DNA of 5,005 nucleotides, from positions 1 to 5,005 of the forward strand of contig JAANOX010000009.1 in assembly GCA_020184695.1 (NCBI GenBank), in the 5' to 3' direction. This document shows positions 1 to 5,005 of the stretch, piece by piece. This stretch comes from Histomonas meleagridis 2922-C6/04-290x (taxonomy: Eukaryota > Protista > Parabasalia). The notes beneath the pieces were generated by a model. The model was not told the origin of the DNA. It made no database searches and was given only the letters and a program-made list of their open reading frames with translations. The first letter of the stretch is position 1. Every line of letters starts with the position of its first letter. The translations under genes were made by a program, and so were the position numbers.

Positions 1-381
1 CTTTTGTTGCTTTTTTCATATTTCTTTCTTGTTCATCCAAATTCTTTTTTCTTGCTAATTCATCTTGTTTCTCTCTTCGCGTATCATTAATTTGTTGTTG
101 ACGAACATCGTTTTGATTTCTCATATTATGTATTGCGTCAAGATTAATATTTTGTGGAGTTTGTGATAAAGCAACAGGAAGAAATGGATTTTGTAAATTT
201 GCCATCATCTGTGACCTAGCAGAATTGGAATTTTGATTATTCGGTAAGGGAAGAATATTTGCTCTGACCGATGCGTTTAGGGATTAATTGTTGGTGCTTG
301 AGTAATTAATCGATGCCTTAATCCGCGTTTAACATTTTTCTTTGTTTTTCTAATTCTTCGTTTGACTGCTTTCTTTGCCAT
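1..381 (-). pseudogene. Hypothetical protein with K/R-rich N-terminus and coiled-coil-like region; frameshifted, 3' end outside window
   Basis: ATG at 381 in TTAATTAAATG context gives MAKKAVKRRIRKTKKNVKRGLRHRLITQAPTINP, then TAA at 279-277 in a CCC/AAA run. A second frame continues open to the window edge: ASVRANILPLPNNQNSNSARSQMMANLQNPFLPVALSQTPQNINLDAIHNMRNQNDVRQQQINDTRREKQDELARKKNLDEQERNMKKATK. Confidence 0.65.
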
Positions 382-560
382 TTAATTAAAAATAAAAATA
401 TTAATTTATAAGTATTGAACTCTTGCTCTCCATCCGCGTTGTACCGGCCCATTATAAACTTTGTTCTTGGCGTTCTGTCGGAACTTGGGCTTCGCTTTTT
501 TAGCATTAGCAATTATAATTTCTTTTTCTTCTTGTGTTAAATCTTTGACTGCTTTCTTTG
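361..560. repeat. 17-bp exact direct repeat TTTGACTGCTTTCTTTG at 361-377 and 544-560
   Basis: Identical 17-mer. On the minus strand it encodes KKAVK in two adjacent genes (MAKKAVKRR and TKKAVKDL). Confidence 0.85.
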
Positions 561-681
561 TTATCTTAACATCAGATGTTTTTTCTTCATCAACATTTTC
601 GGTTTCCTCTCCCAAAACAATTTCTGTTTCGCTCCGAAGGAGCTCAGGCTCGTAGAGCCGTTCAGTCTCGTTCTCTGCCAT
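406..681 (-). CDS. Hypothetical 91-aa protein with acidic N-half and basic C-half
   Basis: Intact ORF with ATG in AATAAATG context. It sits co-directionally between two other minus-strand genes with 38-bp and 24-bp spacers. No recognisable domain. Confidence 0.6.
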   Translation of the reverse strand: MAENETERLYEPELLRSETEIVLGEETENVDEEKTSDVKITKKAVKDLTQEEKEIIIANAKKAKPKFRQNAKNKVYNGPVQRGWRARVQYL

Positions 682-719
682 TTATTAAATATAAAAAAAT
701 CAAAAAATCATTTAATGAA

Positions 720-1188
720 TCACATTAATCCAGGAATCATTACTCTTGGTTGAGGTTTCATTACCGCAGGTTTCATTTGATATCTTTGTTGCTTACCTAA
801 ATTTTGTTCGTGTTCGATCCATTGTTTAAATTTATCGCCTGCTTGAATCCACGGTTGAGTTTTTTCCGATATCTTTTGACCTGTGTCTAAAACACGTTCG
901 GCTACTTCTTTGCCTTTTATCTACGGCTCGTTTAATTTTTGTCTTTAATCTTACCGTCAGGAACTGCATCAACTATTTTTATCTATTTTTATCTGTTATA
1001 TCTCCTTTACGCTTTCTTACTGTATCAATTATTCCTGGAATCTTTTTTTACCAAATTCAATTCCTCGACTGATTATTGGCGAGACCTTACCGTAAATTCT
1101 CTTTCCTTTATCAATAACATTTTCTTACAAGTCGTCCTGCATTTTGAATAAATTTTCTTATTCCACCGAATATACGACCTAATCCCAT
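720..1188 (-). pseudogene. Basic amphipathic-helix protein of about 154 aa, a putative virion membrane-active protein; six frameshifts
   Basis: ATG at 1188 (TATTAAATG) and TGA at 722-720. Correcting six A-run indels (plus-strand T runs at 1120-1123, 1043-1049, 986-990, 976-980, 936-940, 915-918) gives approximately MGLGRIFGGIRKFIQNAGRLVRNVIDKGKRIYGKVSPIISRGIEFGKKIPGIIDTVRKRKGDITDKIDKIVDAVPDGKIKDKIKRAVDKGKEVAERVLDTGQKISEKTQPWIQAGDKFKQWIEHEQNLGKQQRYQMKPAVMKPQPRVMIPGLM. This gene is absent from the supplied ORF track. Confidence 0.7.
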
Positions 1189-1224
1189 TTAATATAATTA
1201 AAAAAACGTTTTAATAACTCTTAA
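1189..1224. promoter_or_regulatory. 36-bp divergent intergenic region, putative bidirectional promoter
   Basis: Only 36 almost pure A/T bases separate the divergent ATGs at 1188 (-) and 1225 (+). Both are preceded by TTAA. Function is inferred from geometry only. Confidence 0.4.
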
Positions 1225-2381
1225 ATGAGTCTAAACGTTAACAAAGAAATTGACAAAACACATTTTAAAACTTACAGTCACGTTAAAAAACACGTGCAAA
1301 ATAAATTTCCAAATGTTAGTGAAAAGAAAATTAAAAAAGTAATATCAAGGAGATTGAAGGATAAATTTATTAAAACAAAAGATATAAAACCTTATATGAT
1401 AAAAATATTTTCAACTATTCCAAATTGTTGGTTTCATGATTTATATGATAATGGAAAAAAATAAAAATCCTCGTTATTGGCACGTGTTTATTGGCACAAA
1501 TAATAGATACGTTTACTGTTTACCGTTGATGTCAAAATCAGCGTCTGCGGTTCATGAAACATTAAAACAATTCATTGTCAAATTCCATCCTGTAAAATTA
1601 ACGTCAGATGAAGAACCAGCATTTATTGAAAAAAATAATTTAAAACTTCTTTCTAAAAATAAAGTTGCCGTTCATACTATATCAGACAAAAACCATTCGT
1701 CTTTAGGCATTATTGATAGATTCATGCGAACAATAAGAGATATGAATACTCCAACGGAAAAATCTAAACATCAATCACATGATGAAAAATATACACATTT
1801 ATTACTCCAGAAAGAATGAAAAAAAGTTTCTGAATATTAATAATAATACTTACCATTCAGCCATCGGTTGTTCTCCAAAAGAAATGTTTGATAATAAAGA
1901 TTGACAAAAAGAATATATATTTAAATGTTTAGAATCTTCTGAAAAACAAAAACGTATTAAGAATTTAATTCTTCCTGTTGGCTCTTTTGTACGCTATATA
2001 TTACCGCGTCATAATGGCATAACTAAAAAAAGATTTCAAATAAGCCGTGAATGTTATAAAATTGATGAACGGAAAGGAAATATGTACGTTTTAATTGCTC
2101 AAGACGGAACAGTAATTACTAAACCAAGATACAAACTAATACCTATTGGTAAGAATAAACCAAATAATATTAAATGGGCGTCAACTATTCCTGGTAAATG
2201 GGTTGGTTCTGTTGAGTCAATTTTTGTCATTTAATCCTAAAACAAATAAGTATAAAGTACTTTTTTTACCGTTCCTGGGCAACGTTCATATCAAGATGAA
2301 ATTCCTGCTTCATTTCTCCGAGGCAATACTCCTCATAAACAGTCAGAAATTGAAAGAGAATTTTTTGCTAAACATAAATGA
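1225..2381 (+). pseudogene. int: Retroviral-type (rve, Maverick c-int-like) integrase with SH3-like and chromo-like C-terminal regions; disrupted
   Basis: Joins track ORFs 1225-1464, 1436-1819 and part of 2146-2406. Core motifs: CWFHDL (D at 1438), NNRYVYCLPL, LTSDEEPAF (D at 1607), SLGIIDRFMRTIRD (D at 1715), NNTYHSAIGCSPKEM. Then LPVGSFVRYIL...CYKIDERKGNMYVL (SH3-like) and VESILSFNPKTNKYKVLFTVPG...DEIPASFL (chromo-like), ending TGA 2379-2381. Lesions: shifts near 1455-1461, 1798, 1819-1825, 2221-2225 and 2261-2267, and an in-frame TGA at 1902-1904. Confidence 0.9.
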
Positions 2382-2401
2382 TATTAATATTTATTTTTAT
2401 A

Positions 2402-2407
2402 CATGAC

Positions 2408-2470
<63 letters not shown>

Positions 2471-2557
2471 AAAAGAAACTAGCTAAAGGAAATTCAAAAT
2501 TGTTCCGTGAGTTTCTCCATTCATGTGAAATCACTTGAAAATTGATGATTTACTCGA
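2402..2557 (-). repeat. Repeat unit R, copy A; diverged and inverted relative to the copies at 3883-4010 and 4072-4199
   Basis: CATGACAAA-(CTAA)15-AAAAG..TAGCTAAAGGAAATTC..TGAGTTTCTCCATT..GTGA..TTTACT.GA aligns colinearly with the reverse complement of 4072-4199. Conserved blocks are separated by substitutions. Confidence 0.92.
2411..2470 (+). repeat. Perfect (CTAA)15 tetranucleotide array
   Basis: 60 nt of uninterrupted CTAA units read directly from the sequence. Confidence 0.98.
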
Positions 2558-2634
2558 CTAAACTCACAAATGAAATTAAGTTTAATTTTTAAAGTAGTTT
2601 TTTTGATTTTTTTAATTTGTATATAAAGAGCTAA

Positions 2635-3865
2635 ATGGCGATTGTTAATTTTACATCAGAAGAACAAATTAATAAATACATTAACAGCAAAAATCAAAAA
2701 TCTTGTTGTTGAACATCAGCAAGAAATCAAAAAAAATTATTATCTTCATAAAGAATATACTAAAGAAGAATATGAAAAGATGATAAATCAAATTTATTAT
2801 AACATTCAACACATACCGGGTGAAATAAAAAAAAAAAAAAATGAATTTATAACATCTGATATGCTCAAAGATCAATATATATCTAATTGCAAAAATGAAA
2901 TTGAATTAATTGAATCAGATATGAAGAAAGCAGAAAATTTTTCAGAAATTTTTTTAATTCAAGAAAAGAAAAAAACTAGAAAAAAAATATCCTCGGTGTA
3001 ATCAAAATGTAATTGATAATTTGACAGAATACATAAATCAAACCGTTAATTATTACCATCAAGATTTAATTGATGAGTATTTTCGAATTGTTCGTGAATA
3101 AAGTCAAAAAAACATTTGTGCGAAAGATAAGGATTAGTCTAAAACAATTGAAGTGGTATATTTAAATAAAAGCGGTCAGCGAGCGATGCCCATTCTTGAT
3201 AGATTTTCGCAAAGATCAATTAATGCTTTAACTACAATAACTCTTTCGGTCAAAAATAATAAAACTTCTGAATTTATGTTAATTGAAACAACATTTAAGA
3301 ATAAATTTAATAGATTAATTGATATTATGTATCTGTTTATATCGAATTTCATCAAAAAACAAATAAATATTATTCCTGACGCTCATGCGATGTCAAATTC
3401 AAAACTTGTGAAAACTTATGCTGAAACTTTAATGTTTCGTTTGAATGAATCATTGACTGATACACTTCCTGAACTTTTTGAATAAATAATTTTCAGAAAG
3501 AGTTAATTATCTAAAAGAAGATTTAATAGCAACTAAATCATTTGCTGGAGTGTTAAAAATACGACAATGTTGAAAAAAATCTACCGATCCGTTAGGTGAG
3601 GAAGGAGATGAAGATGTAGAGAGTGATTCAATAATTGTAATTCAAGATTCAAAACCAACTTTTTGAGAATTTCTTAAAAAAACTATTCCGAATGAAGAAA
3701 TTGAAGTTTTCTGAATTGTGTTCTATGTTTAACAATTACTTCAACACTAACGTTTCAACAAGGAGCTTTTTCAATGATGAATAACACTAAAAAAAATCAC
3801 TTTGATAAAAGATCGATTTTAAGAAAAGGAAAAAAAGATCCACATATTACACAAAGAAACAGTAA
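2635..3865 (+). pseudogene. Long hypothetical element-encoded protein (helical N-half, acidic linker, possible C-terminal winged-helix-like domain); disrupted
   Basis: ATG at 2635 (CTAAATG) gives MAIVNFTSEEQINKYINSK. A shift in an A5 run enters track ORF 2642-3001, and a shift in an A8 run near 2980-2987 gives RKKYPRCNQNVIDNLTEY...YFRIVRE. TAA 3099 and TAG 3135 are in the same frame as track ORF 3153-3485, so these are one gene. More broken frames continue (DPLGEEGDEDVESDS; FSELCSMFNNYFNTNVSTRSF; HFDKRSILRKGKK; TYYTKKQ) to TAA 3863-3865. The 3' part is a less certain reconstruction. Confidence 0.62.
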
Positions 3866-3882
3866 AATGCAAGCTTTTTTTT

Positions 3883-4010
3883 TCATCAGCTCCAGTAAAC
3901 ATGCAATATTCACGTCAAATCACTAAAATGGAGAAACTCATTCAGCTTTTCCGAATTTCCTTTAGCTAATAACTTTTTTAGTTAGTTAGTTAGTTAGTTA
4001 GTTTGTCGTG
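3883..4010 (+). repeat. Repeat unit R, copy B, 128 bp, containing T6 and (TTAG)6
   Basis: Matches 4072-4199 at 127/128 positions (offset 189; G4008 vs A4197). Inverted homologue of 2402-2557. Confidence 0.97.
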
Positions 4011-4071
4011 TTAAAAAATAATGAAAAACACAACTTTCCACATAGCATTAACAACAACTCATCCGTTATCA

Positions 4072-4199
4072 TCATCAGCTCCAGTAAACATGCAATATTC
4101 ACGTCAAATCACTAAAATGGAGAAACTCATTCAGCTTTTCCGAATTTCCTTTAGCTAATAACTTTTTTAGTTAGTTAGTTAGTTAGTTAGTTTGTCATG
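4072..4199 (+). repeat. Repeat unit R, copy C, 128 bp, direct repeat of copy B
   Basis: Near-identical to 3883-4010 and separated from it by a 61-bp unique spacer (4011-4071). Ends TTTGTCATG, the exact reverse complement of CATGACAAA at 2402. Confidence 0.97.
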
Positions 4200-4318
4200 C
4201 CTCACACATTTAAATATAAATGTCATCATGAATTTAAATATATTTTATTACTTTCAATCAAAACCAACCGATTTATGATAATTCAATCGATTTTAGCCGT
4301 TCATCCTTTAGTTTATGT

Positions 4319-4363
4319 AGCGCGAGTGGGAGCGAGTGCGTAGCACGAAGCTCACATAGCGCT
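4319..4363. other. GC-rich nested hairpin capped by a GTA triloop
   Basis: AGCGC(4319-4323) pairs with GCGCT(4359-4363), TG(4327-4328) with CA(4355-4356), GAGC(4330-4333) with GCTC(4350-4353), and GTGC(4336-4339) with GCAC(4343-4346) around loop GTA(4340-4342). It is a GC island in an otherwise AT-rich window. Confidence 0.8.
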
Positions 4364-4377
4364 GTGTGTGTGTGTGT
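4363..4377 (+). repeat. (TG)7T microsatellite, candidate terminal short repeat of the element
   Basis: TGTGTGTGTGTGTGT immediately abuts the hairpin. The terminal role is inference. Confidence 0.85.
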
Positions 4378-4499
4378 TCAATTACAAGAACGAATTTATC
4401 TGAGAAGAGAAAAATTGCTCGAACCATTATAAGAATAATTCAATATTATCACAAAGTCTAAATCCCTTTTCAAGAAGAATAGCTAGAGGAAAAGTTGTG

Positions 4500-4704
4500 A
4501 ATCTCCAATGGACCAGAAAAGCAATTGCAAGTGTAACTCTTGGGGTGGTGGCTGACAACATCGTGGTCTCAAAATGAATGGAAATGTAGTAAGCTGTTAA
4601 AAGAACACCAAAGGAAATGAGGTTGAAGGAAATATTATCATTTGAGCAAGAAGTTGAGTTATATGAACGACAAAATATTTATGATGGACGAGACTGGCCT
4701 GTGA
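4500..4704 (+). pseudogene. Probable pogo/Tigger-like (Tc1/mariner superfamily) transposase remnant
   Basis: Across broken frames: LGWWL, HRGLKMNGNVVS, AVKRTPKEMRLKEILSFEQEVELYERQNIY, then MDETGL (4684-4701) after a shift. This resembles the CENP-B-like GW motif to NIYNxDETGL stretch of pogo transposases. No later DDE motifs are visible; the left boundary is approximate. Confidence 0.4.
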
Positions 4705-5005
4705 AATTTTCCTAATTTTGGAGAGAATTTGATATCATGATTTAACATAATCAAATGAAATATATCATGATATTTCATACATTTTCCAAAAAATTTTTGA
4801 AATTCATCTATATAATAAATCAAGAATCATTTTATTTAAGCATTTTGATAACCATACAATAATATGTGAAAACCCTTAAAGTAATCCCCGAGGAGGCTTC
4901 TCAATTTCTCATCTATCGTCTTTACCGTCGTGGTTATCGTCTAATGTAAACTATCCAAAAAATGAATTTTGTCACTTTTTGGAATAAGGAAATAAATATA
5001 TCGAG

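Larger units (their letters stand above)
1..4377. mobile_element. Degenerate Maverick/Polinton-like element, right-hand portion; left part lies outside the window
   Basis: Stand-alone retroviral-like integrase with a chromo-like tail and no gag/RT/LTR context. Virus-like packing of intron-less genes with 24-38 bp spacers and shared TAAATG starts. Candidate terminus (hairpin plus short tandem repeat) at 4319-4377, after which gene-dense organisation stops. Hallmark genes (pPolB, capsid, ATPase, protease) are not in the window; the right boundary is inferred. Confidence 0.72.

Noticed and set aside
318-512. Track ORF, 64 aa, minus strand
   Set aside because: Alternative-frame shadow spanning the end of the 406-681 gene and the start of the 381 gene. 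It crosses an AT-rich spacer and has a non-ATG start.
461-655. Track ORF, 64 aa, plus strand, hydrophobic
   Set aside because: Antisense to the 406-681 gene. The F/S/L richness is what the complement of a K/E-rich gene produces.
939-1151. Track ORF, 70 aa, plus strand, TM-like
   Set aside because: Antisense shadow of the frameshifted 720-1188 gene, which has a proper ATG context and coherent protein pattern.
1455-1461. Programmed ribosomal frameshift in the integrase A7 run
   Set aside because: It is one of many similar homopolymer shifts in several genes, with no downstream stimulatory structure, and it splits the catalytic core.
1225-2381. Integrase as part of an LTR retrotransposon or bacterial IS3/IS481 element
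   Set aside because: It has its own ATG with no upstream gag/protease/RT/RNase H, no LTRs, and no flanking IS-type terminal inverted repeats or Shine-Dalgarno motifs.
2146-2406. Track ORF, 86 aa, as an independent gene
   Set aside because: Only the LSFNPKTNKYKVLF segment is in the integrase frame. The rest is out-of-frame reading of the integrase tail.
2681-2875. Track ORF, 64 aa, minus strand, F/I-rich
   Set aside because: Antisense to A-rich coding sequence of the 2635 gene.
1902-3670. In-frame TGA/TAA/TAG as evidence of a non-standard genetic code
   Set aside because: All three stop types occur internally alongside frameshifts. Trp and Gln are otherwise encoded by TGG and CAA/CAG, and TAA and TGA also end genes. 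Decay or sequencing error is simpler.
3883-4010. Unit R as a SINE or Pol III RNA gene (T6 plus simple-repeat tail)
   Set aside because: No convincing A-box/B-box or tRNA-like fold on either strand.
2411-4190. (CTAA)n/(TTAG)n as telomeric repeats
   Set aside because: They lack a G-run, are short, internal and embedded in a longer conserved unit. There is no evidence of a chromosome end.
3883-4199. Repeat-spacer-repeat as a CRISPR array
   Set aside because: Repeats are 128 bp, there are only two, no cas genes are present, and the context appears eukaryotic.
4755-4983. AT-rich near-palindromes at 4755-4778 and 4954-4983
   Set aside because: Imperfect and mostly A/T, so plausible by chance at this composition. 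No associated feature.

Overview
Very AT-rich, intron-less, gene-dense window. Positions 1 to about 4377 are best read as the right-hand part of a degenerate (or error-ridden) Maverick/Polinton-type virus-like transposon. The gene style suggests a parabasalid protist host such as Trichomonas or Tritrichomonas, which is inference. The supplied ORF track is misleading because real genes are split by many frameshifts, mostly in homopolymer runs, and a few nonsense codons. Manual re-framing gives five genes. Three are small, tightly packed minus-strand genes: a basic, amphipathic protein of about 154 aa at 720-1188, an acidic-then-basic 91 aa protein at 406-681, and a K/R-rich coiled-coil protein running off the window at 1-381. 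They diverge across 36 bp from a retroviral-type integrase (1225-2381; catalytic D,D(35)D, SH3-like and chromo-like tail). A long hypothetical gene follows at 2635-3865. That last gene is bracketed by an inverted repeat carrying (CTAA)n/(TTAG)n arrays, and its right-hand copy is duplicated almost perfectly. A GC-rich GNA-triloop hairpin and (TG)7 follow and are a candidate element terminus. Beyond it lies non-coding-looking DNA with a probable pogo-like transposase remnant. No pPolB, capsid, ATPase or protease gene is in the window, so the Maverick call rests on integrase type and architecture.
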